Below, in pieces: positions 31,523 to 45,536 of a DNA stretch of 64,000 bases. Within the stretch, counting starts at the first letter, position 1. Each line of letters begins with the position of its first letter. Below the pieces are notes generated by a model. That model did no database searches, was not told the DNA's origin, and worked only from the letters and a program-made list of their open reading frames with translations. The position numbers and the translations under genes are program-made. Origin of the DNA: the human T2T-CHM13v2.0 reference genome, Homo sapiens; the NCBI RefSeq assembly GCF_009914755.1, contig NC_060928.1. The stretch is one strand, 5' to 3'.

Positions 31523-32947
31523 AAACATGATCATATGGTTTCACATACTATTTATTTACAATTCCAAAACATCATAAATACATCCTATATTTCATGGTTC
31601 AGTGGAGTTCAGGAAAAGCAAGTATTTGAGAAAGCAACTTGAATCAAAGAAGCTGGGATAGTTCTGAAGAAAGGGAAATTAACATCTCCCCCAAATGCAG
31701 ATGCTTTCCATGCACCTGTACTATAGAATTGTGGTATGGAGATATGGAACACGCAAAGTCATTCTACACAACATGATGATGGAGCCATTCTTCATTTTTT
31801 CACTGGTCTGGAAAAGACTTTGAGAAATAGGGCTACACTTAAGCATCTTAGACATATTTCTAGAATTTTGGAGTTTGCTGAGAACCTTGAAAATATTAGG
31901 CACTGGATTGGTTTGACCTGCCGTGACGTACAAGGCACTTAGGTTTGTTATGTTTGATACAAGAAAGCCTTTATGAGACTGTTCAACAGAAAATCTTGAA
32001 TTTTTTACTGATACCCATTAAATTGCATAAGACAAATACAGACTGACAAACACATAGCACATATATGATATTTCTTTTTTTGAATATAATGGAGGAAAAC
32101 ACTGTTTTTAGTCTAGTTATCATTAGACTTTTGTTACAGAAAATAAACAAATTCACCCAGCTCTTTGTGCATTTATGGCACTGTTGCTTCTCAGACACCA
32201 AATGAAAATTTAACATCCTGTGCCCTCCTTTTTAGATTAAATTCTCCTGTGTTTTCTTTTGGAAATGGGATGGAAGTGAAAACAAAATGTTGTTCTACCA
32301 TATATCAAGATGAGGGCTGATATTCTGTCCAGAGCTTAAGTAAGTAGAATTGATTTGCTGAAATGCTGAAATGCTTGCAACTTTACACATTTTTGAAATT
32401 TTCTTTCTGTGGGATGGAGGCAGAGATCTTGACGATGCTCGCTCTCTGGGGCTTCTGTGTATCACCGGGTGAAAATGGTCTTTCCTTATCTGGAATTCCC
32501 CTTCCCTTCCCACCATTATGTAACCAGCTCCAGCATCTCCACATGGCAAACCCTTCTCAATGCCCCTGCACACAGAATTTGTCCTTTACTCCTTGGTCTC
32601 TGCATGTGCCCCGTGCTTCTGCTGTGGCATGTGCCACACTGTGCTTTTTAACATGTCCGTCTTGATGATATGCTCTAGATTCATCTGTGGGACTGAACCT
32701 TGTCTTTGATCACTAGCGCACCTTGTGGAAACTAATTTGCAGGCAACAGTGTTGAACTATTCATCTCTATTCTAATTCTCATTTATTTGTGGAGAGAATA
32801 GAACGGGATAACTTATTCTGTGGTTGTGAAAACCTGAGAATTCAACTGGAATCGAGTTCTCTTGTAAAATGTGAGTTTGAGGGAAGAAACGGTGTGCAAC
32901 TTGTATGTGATGATATCCCCAGACAACGGTGCATCCATTATGTATCA

Positions 32948-33352
32948 GGTGCTAGTCTGTTTTGCATTGCTGTAAAGGAGTACCTGAGCCTGGGCAATTT
33001 ACAAAGGAAAGAGGTTTATTTGGCTCAAGGTCTTGCAGGTTATACAGGAAGCATGGTGCCAGCATCTGCTCAGCTTCTGGTGAGGCCTCAGGAAGCTTTA
33101 ACTCATGGTGGAAGGTGAAGGGGAGCAAGAGAGAGAACCAGAGAGATGAGGAGGTGCCAGACTCTTTTAAACAACCAGATCTTGTCAGAACTGATGGAGG
33201 GAGAATTCACTCATTACCGTGGGGAGGGCACCATGCCTTTCATAGGGGATCTGCCCCCGTGACCCAAACACCTCCCACCAGGCCCCACCTCCAACACGGG
33301 GGATCACAGTTCAACCTGAGATTTGGAGGGGACAAACATCCAAACTATATCA
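32948..33352 (-). mobile_element. MSTB-type MaLR solo LTR
   Basis: TAGTCTGTTTTGCATTGCTGTAAAGGAGTACCTGAG...GACCCAAACACCTCCCACCAGGCCCCACCTCCAACA...CAAACTATATCA. Near-TSD TATCA/CATCA. Confidence 0.85.
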
Positions 33353-33601
33353 CATCAGTAAATATTTATTAACTAATTTAAGAAAAAAAACAAAAAATTG
33401 ATGTCTTTATCATATATCTTGCTTCTTCCTGTAAAAGCCATCAAACTTTCCATTTAAAAAACCCACAATTTTTAGCCATTTTCTGATCTGTACTTTCTTT
33501 TAAGCTTGTGAACATGTCCCCAAGAATGAGTTCACCTTTCTTTCAATGTCTTTCCCTTTTTATATTGGAAAGAAAAGGAAAGCAAAATGTATGCATGTGC
33601 A

Positions 33602-33607
<6 letters not shown>

Positions 33608-33634
<27 letters not shown>
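33608..33634. repeat. (TG)n microsatellite
   Basis: About 13 TG units seen directly. Confidence 0.95.
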
Positions 33635-36611
33635 AGTTTATCAGAAAGGAAAAGCTCACCTTCCTTGATCACCCTGAGTTTGCTGCAAGCTGCTGACGGC
33701 AGCTAATCTGACATTTGTCTCATTGAAGTGGAAGAGCAGATGTGTTGCACTGGAGTCCTCTTGCAGGTCTTCCGTTCTGAAGGCTGCACTCTGCGTCACA
33801 GTGTCCTAGACTTGCTGCAGCCCTTCCAGCTGGTGAGCTGCTTTTTTTCTTCCCGTTTAAATACTTCCTTGGTGCAGCCTGAGGGTTGGAAGGCTGGGAG
33901 TGGGAGAGAGTTTGTTCTCAAATTTATGAGCTGTGAGTGCAGGGAACTTAAGTGCGGCAGCTCTCCAGTCGACATTACAGATATGGGTAAAATAGTAATC
34001 TTTCCTATCAACCCACAGCCCATAAAACGAATACCTTTTAATGGTGTGGGCATAATTATCAGATGTATTAAGTTAATTGGACAGACACTGATGCAAGGTC
34101 TTAGTAGTAGCCGACTGTGGCTCGGTGCATTTCCTTAACATTCATAGATCATATTTCAAATGACTGTTGCTGAGAGAACTCCCAAATATATTCTTGGTCA
34201 ATGTGATTTCTTTCTTTCTTTCTTTTTTAAAAGCTCATCATCTCCACTGAGCCTTAACAATTTACATTAAAAATGCCATTTGGAGCCTCCCCGTCATTTT
34301 CCCTTTAGCCTTACTGAAAAATGCTTGCTTTTTCACAAGGTTGCGACACTTAGAATCAGGACCAAGGGTTATGGCTACTAAATTCCAAGCTGTCTTTTAT
34401 GTACTTGCTTCAAAGCAGGCTTATATTTTCTTAGTATCTTTTCCTAGCATATCGGCCACCAATAAAATGAAAGAGAATAATCCTGACTAAATTCATAGCC
34501 ATTTTTACAGCATATCTGATCATGCCTTTTATTGACAGAGAGTAATATGCATTAAAGTAATCTCTTGAAAGCCTTTTTTCAAAAAAAATTTGTTTTGGTC
34601 TTTATCTTTCCTTTCTAAGTGTCTGGACCGTGTATAATAGGAAGCATAAATTCCCTTTCCAGTGACTGCTATGTTCATGCTTCTCATTTTATTTTATTCA
34701 TTCTGTTTTATGGACTTTGCAAAGCTGACTTTTGGTTAACCTTATGCCCTCTGAGGCTAAACTTTTGATTTAAAATTATTTGAAGCTCTCGGCTCCCTGG
34801 GTTGTGGAGTGCATATAGATCCATCTATGGCGTTAGGTGACTCAGAGCTAGGAAGAACGGTTACAGAGTCCATGCCAGCAACCAGCTGTTGGCCTCACAG
34901 GTGCAAAGGAGGCAGCACTAGGTGACTGGGGGTTACAGTCGCCCCTGGAGCTCAGCGATGGTGCCAGAGGATTCCTCCTCCAAGGTCAACGATGATACAG
35001 ATGTGGATGCAATAGCATGGAGCCCATTTCAACCACCTTAGCATTTGGCTAAGCCATTCATCAAAGGCCTCACATCAAGCCAAGCCTTTCTCTGTCCTCC
35101 CCACACTGGTCTGGGCAGCAGCTTCATGCACTAGGGCAGTACACCCCTGTAAGCTCTTCATTCTCTCACCTTTCTAGGTGCTTGTTCCTTTCATTTCCCT
35201 CTATCCATGGGGCTTCTTTGTGCTTCCCTTCCAGACTTTGCAACCTTAGTTTGACATTTATTGCAACTGTCACCAACATTGTAGACTTCCTTATCTCAAC
35301 CTTTGACTGTGATTGTCATGCCACTTTAGGAAAAATACCCCACTTCACTTCCCCATCCATATTCTCTGCTATTGCACCAAGCTTAAGAGACTTGAAAAAG
35401 TTCTAGACCTAGGATGCCTTGGACCTGTCTCTTCTCTCTACCTCAGTAATACACAATCCTGCTTCATTGCAAAGACTGACATTAGCTCTGAAAACTCAGT
35501 TCTCCCAACTTGCCCTGAAATGTGTATCTCTAGGCCTTAGCTTTGCTCTGATCGCTATCCCCTTTACTAAATAAATTGATGCTCTTTTTATCAATGTGTA
35601 CCTTCATGTCCACCCTCCCTTTTAATACAGTCTGTATAGGTAGGAGGAGCCCACTGTTTGATGTCAGAACGTTTGAGTTTGGGACCTGGCTCAATTTCCT
35701 GCCAATTGTGTGACATAAATTGTTGAAAGGCAAATAAGAGTATCAGTATTACATGTGTTCTCGTAATATTTTTGTAAGTTTTTTTCTACCTTTTTATTCT
35801 CCCTACCAGTGCTCTAGGTCAAGTTTATTCATGGAAATACCAGCCATGTCTTCTTAAAATCCTGCTTTGATAAACCGCTCTCCCCAAATTAAACTCCTAA
35901 GTGTAATGTTTCAAGTAATAACAAACTACTTAGGGAATTTATACTTCCTATTATACACGATCCAGACACTTAGAAAGGAAAGATACGAACAGCTTAAAGG
36001 AAAGATACAGTTTAACTACAAACAGCTTACTGTTACTTATTCAAATATGTATTTTCAGATCTTCACTTTTCCTCTAAATTCTCTGCTCTCTTCAGATCAA
36101 ATATCTTCTGAAGCCACCAAAAAACTGTCATAACTTCCCACTCCCACCACCAACCACCTTCTCCTTGCCTCTTTTATTCCAATATATTATTCACAGCCCA
36201 TGATTACTAACTAACTAGGTAATATTGACCACCAATTTCATTTAACATCTACTTGACACAATCATACTATCTAGTGTATTGCCTCATTCATGGTCTAGAA
36301 GTCTGAGTTGTCTTATTATTATGTTGATGACTTTGTAACCCCCTGGTTACTGCTTAAAAATGCATGCCTAAGGAAGCCTTCATTCTCTTTGCCTTGGTTT
36401 GCTAACACATAAAATGAAGAACGGTGTATTTTTCTACTCATAGGTCTTCATGGGATTTTACAAGTTAATTGAAGCATTCTGAAAGCTTCTTGAATAAAGA
36501 TTAATAAAGACACATATTTAAATATTTGATGGCCAGTTTCATTTTTCTCATTGTTACTCTTATTCATATTAAGCTATTATTATCTTTTTCTCAGCTTTGT
36601 AAAACAATTCT

Positions 36612-37117
<506 letters not shown>

Positions 37118-37376
37118 CTAACACATTTTAATGAAGCTCATTAACTCAAACGTTGACTCAACGTAGACTATTTCACAATAGAACCATATATGCCCCCAGA
37201 AATAATTTTTTTTTAATTTAGAGATCTAATTGTACCTTTAATACTGGAAGTGAGTGGAAATAGTGTTGCTGTCGTTTCTAAGTGGCCCCGAGAGGAGAAG
37301 TAACTTGCAGGCAAGTTACAACATCCAGTTTTTAAAATTTATTTTAAATTTTTTTCATATAAGGTGAAGATCTTTT

Positions 37377-38947
37377 TTTTATTATTATACTTTAAGTTCT
37401 AGGGTACATGTGCACAACGTGCAGGTTTGTTACATATGTATACACGTGCCATGTTGGTGTGCTGCACCCATTAACTCGTCATTTACATTAGGTATATCTC
37501 CTAATGCTATCCCTCCCCCCTCCCTCCCATCCCACAACAGGCCCCGGTGTGTGATGTTCCCCACCCTGTGTCCAAGTGTTCTCATTGTTCAATTCCCACC
37601 TATGAGTGAGAACATGCGGTGTTTGGTTTTTTGTCCTTGCAATACTTTGCTGAGAATGATGGTTTCCAGTTTCATCCATGTCCCTACAAAGGACATGAAC
37701 TCATCATTTTTTATGGCTGCATAGTATTCCATGGTGTATATGTGCCACATTTTCTTAATCCAGTCTATCATTGCTGGACATTTGGGTTGGTTTCAAGTCT
37801 TTGCTATTGTGAATAGTGCCACAATAAACATATGTGTGCATGTGTCTTTATAGCAGCATGATTTATAATCCTTTGGGTATATACCCAGTAATGGGATGGC
37901 TGGGTCAAATGGTATTTTTAGTTCTAGATCCTTGAGGAATCACCACACTGTCTTCCACAATGGTTGAACTAGTTTACAGTCCCACCAACAGTGTAAAAGT
38001 GTTCCCATTTCTCCACATCCTCTCCAGCACCTGTTGTTTCCTGACTTTTTAATGATCACCATTCTAACTGATGTGAGATGGTATCTCATTGTGGTTTTGA
38101 TTTGCATTTCTCTGATGGCCAGTGATGATGAACATTTTTTCATGTGTCTGTTGGCTGCATAAATGTCTTCTTTTGAGAAGTGTCTGTTCATATCCTTGGG
38201 CCACTTGTTGATGGGGTTGTTTCATTTCTTCTTGTAAATTAGTTTAAGTTCTTTATAGATTCTGGATATTAGCCCTTTGTCAGATGGGTAGATTGCAAAA
38301 ATTTTCTCCCATTCTGTAGGTTGTCTGTTCACTCTGATGATAGTTGCAGAAGCTCTTTAATTTAATTAGATCCTATTTGTCTATTTTGGCTTTTGTTGCC
38401 ATTGCTTTTGGTGTTTTAGTCATGGAGTCCTGCATGGTAAAGCCTAGGTCTTGAATGGTATTGCCTAGTTTTCTTCTGGGGCTTTTATGGTTTTAGGTCT
38501 AACATTTAAGTCTTTAATCCATCTTGAATTAATTTTTGTATAAGATGTAAGGAAGTGATCCAGTTTCAGCTTTGTACATATGGCTAGCCAGTTTTCCCAG
38601 CACCATTTATTAAATAGGGAATCCTTTCCCCATTTCTGTTTTTGTCAGGTTTGTCAGAGATCAGATGGTTGTAGATGTGTGGTATTATTTCTGAGGGCTC
38701 TGTTCTGTTCCATTGGTCTATATCTCTGTTTTGGTACCAGTACCATGGTGTTTTGGTTACTGTAGTCTTGTAGTCTAGTTTGAAGTGAGGTAGCATAATG
38801 CCTCCAGCTTTGTTCTTTTGGCTTAGGATTGATTTGGCAATGCGGGCTCTTTTTTGGTTCCATATGAACTTTAAAGTAGTTTTTTCCAATTCTGTGAAGA
38901 CAGTCATTGGTAGCTTGATGGGGATGGCATTGAATCTATCAGTTAAC
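37377..38947 (-). mobile_element. 5'-truncated L1PA (PA4-6-like)
   Basis: 3'UTR TTATTATACTTTAAGTTCTAGGGTACATGTGCACAACG, ORF2 C-terminal remnants. Perfect 16-bp TSD AAGGTGAAGATCTTTT at 37361-37376 and 38948-38963. Confidence 0.95.
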
Positions 38948-39349
38948 AAGGTGAAGATCTTTTCTGTGTCTGCCAATAAGTTTTCTTCATCTAGTGACTG
39001 TAAAGGAGTTTGACAATTCTCATAAATTGAAAAGTTATTGGGAGATACAAAGTTACATATAAATTTCAAATTGAAGGCCCATCAATAGGATTATGTTTGT
39101 TTAAATACAAACAGCTTCAGCTTTCCAAGACTTTCTACTCTGGCTCTTGTGTTAATTGTACTAATGGCTGGTACTGTGTGACTTCTTCATCTCTTTGGTT
39201 CTCTGGTTCCTTCTGGAGGTAAAGTTCTATGATTCTATTCATAGCAGTTCCTAGTCTGATTAGGTTACCAACATGGATAAGAATCTGATAAAAGTTATAA
39301 ACTGTATTTTCAGTGAAAAGCACAATTTCCTAAAACATATGTGTGTGTG

Positions 39350-41643
39350 TGATATGGTTTGGCTGTGTCCCCACCCAAATCTCCTCTTGAATTGCAACTC
39401 CCACAATTTCTATGTGTCCCTGGGAGGAATCTGGTGGGAAGTAATTGAATCATGGGGGTGGATCTTTTCTTGGCTGTTCTTGTGATAGTGAATAAATCTC
39501 ATGAGATCTGATGGTTTTAAAAATGAGAGTTTGCCTGCACAAGCTCTCTCTTTGCCTGCCACCATTCACGTAAGATGTGACTTGGTCCTCCTTGCTTTCC
39601 ACCATGATTGTGAGGCATCCCCAGCCATGTGGAACTGTTAAGTCCAATAAACCTCTTTCATTTGTAAATTTCCCAGTCTTGGCTATGTCTTTATTAGCAG
39701 TGTGAAAACAGACTAATATAGTAAATTGGTACCAGTAGAGTGGGTGCTGCTGAAAAGATACCTGAAAATGTGGAGGCAACTTTGGAATTGGGTAACAGGC
39801 AGAGGCTGAAACAGTTTGGAGGGCTCAGAAGAAGACAGGAAAATGTGGAAGAGTTTGGAACTCCCTAGAGACTTGTTGAATGGCTTTGAACATGATGCTG
39901 ATAATAATATGGACAATGAAATCTAGGCTGAGGTGGTCTCAGATGGAGATGAGGAACTTTTTGGGAACTGGAGCAAAGGTGACACTTGTTATATTTTAGC
40001 AAAGAGACTGGCAGCATTTTGCCCTTGCCCTAGAGATTTGTAGAACTTTGAACTTGAGAGTATCTGGCAGAAGGAATTTCTAAGCAGCAAAGCATGTAAG
40101 AGATGACTTGGGTGCTGTTGAAAGCATTCAGTTTTATAAGGGAAGCAGAGCATAAAAGTTTGGAAATTTTGCAGCTTGACAATGCAATAGAAAAGAAAAT
40201 CCCATTTTCTGAGGAGAAATTCAAGCCATCTGCAGAAATTTGGGTAAGTAACCAGGAGCCAAATGTTAATCACCAAGACAATGGGGAAAATGTCTCCAGG
40301 GTATGTCAGAGGTCTTCATGGCAGCCCCTTCCATCACACCCTTGAAGACCTAGGAGGAAAAAGTGGTTTCCTGGGCCAGGCCCAGGTTCTCCATGCTGTG
40401 TGCAGCCTAGGGACTTGGTGCCCTGCATCCCAGGCACTCCAGCCATGGCTGAGAGGGGCCAACGTAGAGCTTGTGCTGTGACTTCAGAGGGTGGGAGCCC
40501 CAAGCCTTGGCAGTTTCCACATGGTGTTGAGCCTGCAAGTGCACGGAAATTAAGAATTGGGGTTTGGAAACCTCCATCTAGATTTCAGAAGATGTATGGA
40601 AATGCCTGGATGTCCAGGCAGAAGTTTGCTGCAGGGGCAGGGCCCTCATGGAGAACCTCTGCTAGGACAATGCAGAAGGGAAATGTGGGGTTGGAGCCCC
40701 ACACAGAGTCCCTACTGGGGCACCACCTAGTGGAGCTGTGAGAAGAGGGCCATCATCCTCTGGACCCCAGAATGGTAGATCCACTGACAGCTTGCACTGT
40801 GCATCTGGAAAAGCTGCAGACTTCCAATGCCAGCCCATGAAAGCAGCCAGGAGGTAGGCTATGCCCTGCAAAGCCACAGGGGTGGAGCTTCCCAAGACTA
40901 GGTGAACCCACCTTTTGCCTCAGCATGACCTGGGTGTGAGACATGGAGTCAAAGGGGGTCATTTTGGAGCTTTCTGATTTCACATCCCTGCTGGATTTTG
41001 GACTTGCGTGGGGCCAATGGCTCCTTTGTTTTGGCCAATTTCTCCCATTTGGAATGGCTGTTATTTACCCAATGACTGTACCCCCATTGTATCTAGGAAG
41101 TAACTAACTTGCTTTTGATTTTACAGGCTCACAGGTGAAAGGGACTTGCCTTCTCTCAGATGAGACTTTGGACTGTGGACTTTTGAGTTAATGCTGAAAT
41201 GAGTTAAGACTTTGGGGGACTGTTGGGAAGGCATGATGGGTTTTGAAATGTGAGGACATGAGATTTGGGAGGGGTCGGGGCCTAATGATATGATTTGTCT
41301 GTGTCCCCACCGAAATCTCATCTTGAATTGTAACTCCCACAATTCACATGTGTCATTGGAGGAACCTGGTGGGAGGTAATTGAATCATGGGGGCTGGTCT
41401 TTCCTGTGCTGTTCTCATGATAGTGAATAAGTCTCACGAGATCTGATGACTTTAAAAATGGGAGTTTGACTGCACAAGCTCTCTCTTTGCCTGCCACCAT
41501 CCATGTATGATGTGGTTTGCCTTCTGCCATGATTGTGAGGCATCCCCAGCCACGTGGAACTGTGAGTCCAATAAACCTCTCTTGTTTGTAAATTACCCAG
41601 TTGTTGGTATTCTTTATCAGCAGCATGAAAACAGACTAATACA
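39350..41643 (+). mobile_element. Full THE1 (A/B-type) MaLR provirus: LTR 39350-39720, internal 39721-41285, LTR 41286-41643
   Basis: Both LTRs run TGATATG...GACTAATA(C/T)A. The internal region starts GTAAATTGGTACCAGTAGAGTGGG and ends in a purine-rich tract. Non-coding. Confidence 0.95.
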
Positions 41644-41644
41644 A

Positions 41645-41765
41645 CTAATAATATATAATATATTATATATAATTATATTTACATTATTACATTAATTATA
41701 TAAAATTATATTTTCCATAATTTTATTATATTATATACATTACATATATATTTACATTGTATATC
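41645..41765. repeat. AT-rich low-complexity tract
   Basis: TAATAATATATAATATATTATATAT... seen directly. Confidence 0.8.
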
Positions 41766-42305
41766 TATTTTCTTTTAAGCTGCTCAGTGTCAAACTCATT
41801 GCATGAGTTTTAGGGACAATCAATCCTCAGCACCAGCATGGAACCCAGAATCTGCAGAGGCCAATTTGCAGTCTGTGACCTGCACAGATAGAATGCTGGC
41901 ACGTGGCTTCATCCTGCTTAGTCCCAGGTCTTGAAACCAGAGTTAGTGTTGCAAAGAAGTCGGCACAGCTTAGCATTTATTCTCCAGGCATGAGCTGGAG
42001 CAGCATTCAAGGTTCTAGGCCAGCAACAGCTGTCTCCAGTGGTGAAATGCCGTGTCCGATAGCAGAGGAGTCTTAACCAGTCTTGCCTGTGGTATCGTTT
42101 TCATTATTGTTTTGAATCGCTGGCCTCCCTTGGTTTTATAACTGATTTCTGGGATACGTAATATATTTCCAGTAAATTCAGTGAACTATCCAATGTATTG
42201 TTAAATTCCTTTCTCACATGAATTCACCAGAATTAGTTTTTGCTGTTTGCAAAGAAGAACTCTAACACACATAAAGGTAAGGAAAACATTCCGCCTATAG
42301 CTTCA

Positions 42306-42786
<481 letters not shown>

Positions 42787-42940
42787 CTAGGTGGTTCAAA
42801 GCCTCGATTTTCTGATCGTGCTAATACAAGGTAAAAGTCATGAGCTGGTGCATATCAATTCTAGAAAGTGAAATTTAATTAAAAGGATAAAATTTTAATC
42901 TCAATTATTTACTTTATTTTTTCAAATTTATTTGCTTCTG

Positions 42941-43248
<308 letters not shown>

Positions 43249-43715
43249 AATTAGTTACTTTAAAACTTGCTCTTTTCCTCTTATTTTTCAACTAATGAAC
43301 AGGGCAAATCTCTGTCTCCACTACAAAGTCAATCCAGCAGCGTGCCTGAGAAACTCCTCTTCTATTGTCTGCGAGGGCTTGCATATGAGCTTTCAATTCA
43401 TCTGAAATAGCAATTCCCCTACTGTGAGTGTTTTCATAAAGACTTTCAGAGCAGAAATACAGAGTGCTTTACTATGTTAGTGTTTCCACCTAGTATCTGC
43501 CACAAAGACAAGTTATAAAAATCAGCTTCAGAATGTTTAGGAAGTAACAGAGAGCCTCCAGTTGAGTGTCTACATTAACAAATAACGCACCTCCTACATA
43601 CATGCATGGCCAGTTACATGCAAACATTGAATAGATTTTGTTAAAATATCAATGACTGACACTTAGGCTAAGACGATGAATGGCCAACCAGTGAAATAGT
43701 GTGTGTGTATATGTG

Positions 43716-43717
<2 letters not shown>

Positions 43718-43754
<37 letters not shown>
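43718..43754. repeat. (TG)n microsatellite
   Basis: About 18 TG units seen directly. Confidence 0.95.
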
Positions 43755-43756
<2 letters not shown>

Positions 43757-43867
43757 AGAGAGAAAACTCTTTTCCTCCAAGGTCATTAAGGTCTTTTTTC
43801 AAGGTCACGAAGTTCTAGCAGAACTTATAACACACTTCAGAGGCAATCATTATTACTAAAATTTTAA

Positions 43868-44244
<377 letters not shown>

Positions 44245-45295
44245 TTTTATGCTTTCTCTTGTTTTGATTATATAATCTCTTTCTAGACAGTTCAAATAAA
44301 GTTTGAAAGTAGGTTTTTCTTTTCTTCTTTAGAAGCCAATTTCCTTTGAAACATGGAGACAAAACGCTATGTCGTTTATTTATTAAGATCTGTTGTTTTC
44401 CCTCATCTTTTGTAGTAGCTAACCACAGTATCACCTCTCCCGTATTTACTATACTCTTTGCCTGTAGCCAGCAAAGTAACATCCACAGAGGCAGTGAGAG
44501 AATGCTTCTTATGTGAGTCTTAGAATTATTTATTCTGGATAGAATTTGTTTTTAATGTTTATGGAAGTGTCCAAAGTAGAATCTATTCCCCAGGTAGGCA
44601 TTAGGTACAGCAGAAAAGACACTTCCACTCAGGCAGGTGCTGAAAGATAATCTCCGTGACAAAGTGATTCTCCATGAGAATTGAGTCTTTAGTTTCTCTG
44701 CTGTCAGGGGAGTTGTTGATGGCCATTTACACTTTTTGTATAATGAGGACACCTGTTTGCTAATAATTGAACTGAGGATATCACAACACAGGGCGTTTAA
44801 AAATAACATGGGAATACAATTGCAGATTACATACACACATGAATAGATGTTTGCTGTTGGTAGCTTAATGGGCCATGGCTACGTATTTCCTAAGTAGCTA
44901 AATCGAGTTACAGATTTTGTAGTATTTATTGCATTTCATTTTAATAAGCAGTTATTATAGTTGAATAATTACTTCATCACAGGTGTAACAGATACCACAG
45001 GGGTGACATCAGTGAAAGTGCTTTATCACTGCTTTTCCTGTGCCATGGGGTAATAATCAAAGACAGAGCTTAAAAGAAATAAAAAGTTCCCTTAGTGAAG
45101 CAGATTGAGATTTCATTTTCAGTGCGACCCAGTATGCTTGATTGCTACATGAATAAACTGGTGTAGGCTAGAAACCATACCTCTATGGAAGTGAATTGTG
45201 TTGAATGAGGGACTAAAGGGAAGAAGATCACCTGAATCTGGGGACCCTGTTGCTCCTGGAGTAGTGCAGCATTGGGATATGTTTTTCCTCTAGCT

Positions 45296-45536
45296 GGTTG
45301 GCATATACCATATAGAGAGGTTGGCATATACCGTATAGAGAGGTTGGCATACTGTATAGAGAGGTTGGCCTACCTTATAGAGAGGTTGGCATATACCATA
45401 TAGAGAGGTTGGCATATACCATATAGAGAGGTTGGGATACCGTATAGAGAGGTTGGCATACCGTATAGAGAGGTTGGCATATACTGTATAGAGAGGTTGG
45501 CATACCGTATAGAGAGGTTGGCATACCATATAGAGA
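45296..45536. repeat. Minisatellite, 11 units of 21/23 bp, consensus GGTTGGCATA(TA)CCRTATAGAGA
   Basis: Units read directly. Lengths 23,23,21,21,23,23,21,21,23,21,21. Confidence 0.97.

Noticed and set aside
39610-41555. PRDM9 hotspot 13-mer in the THE1 LTRs
   Set aside because: Both LTRs read CATCCCCAGCCA(T/C), which does not match CCNCCNTNNCCNC.
45296-45536. CRISPR-like constant repeat with variable spacers
   Set aside because: Linkers are 7-9 nt and near-identical, the context is eukaryotic and there are no cas genes. It is a minisatellite.
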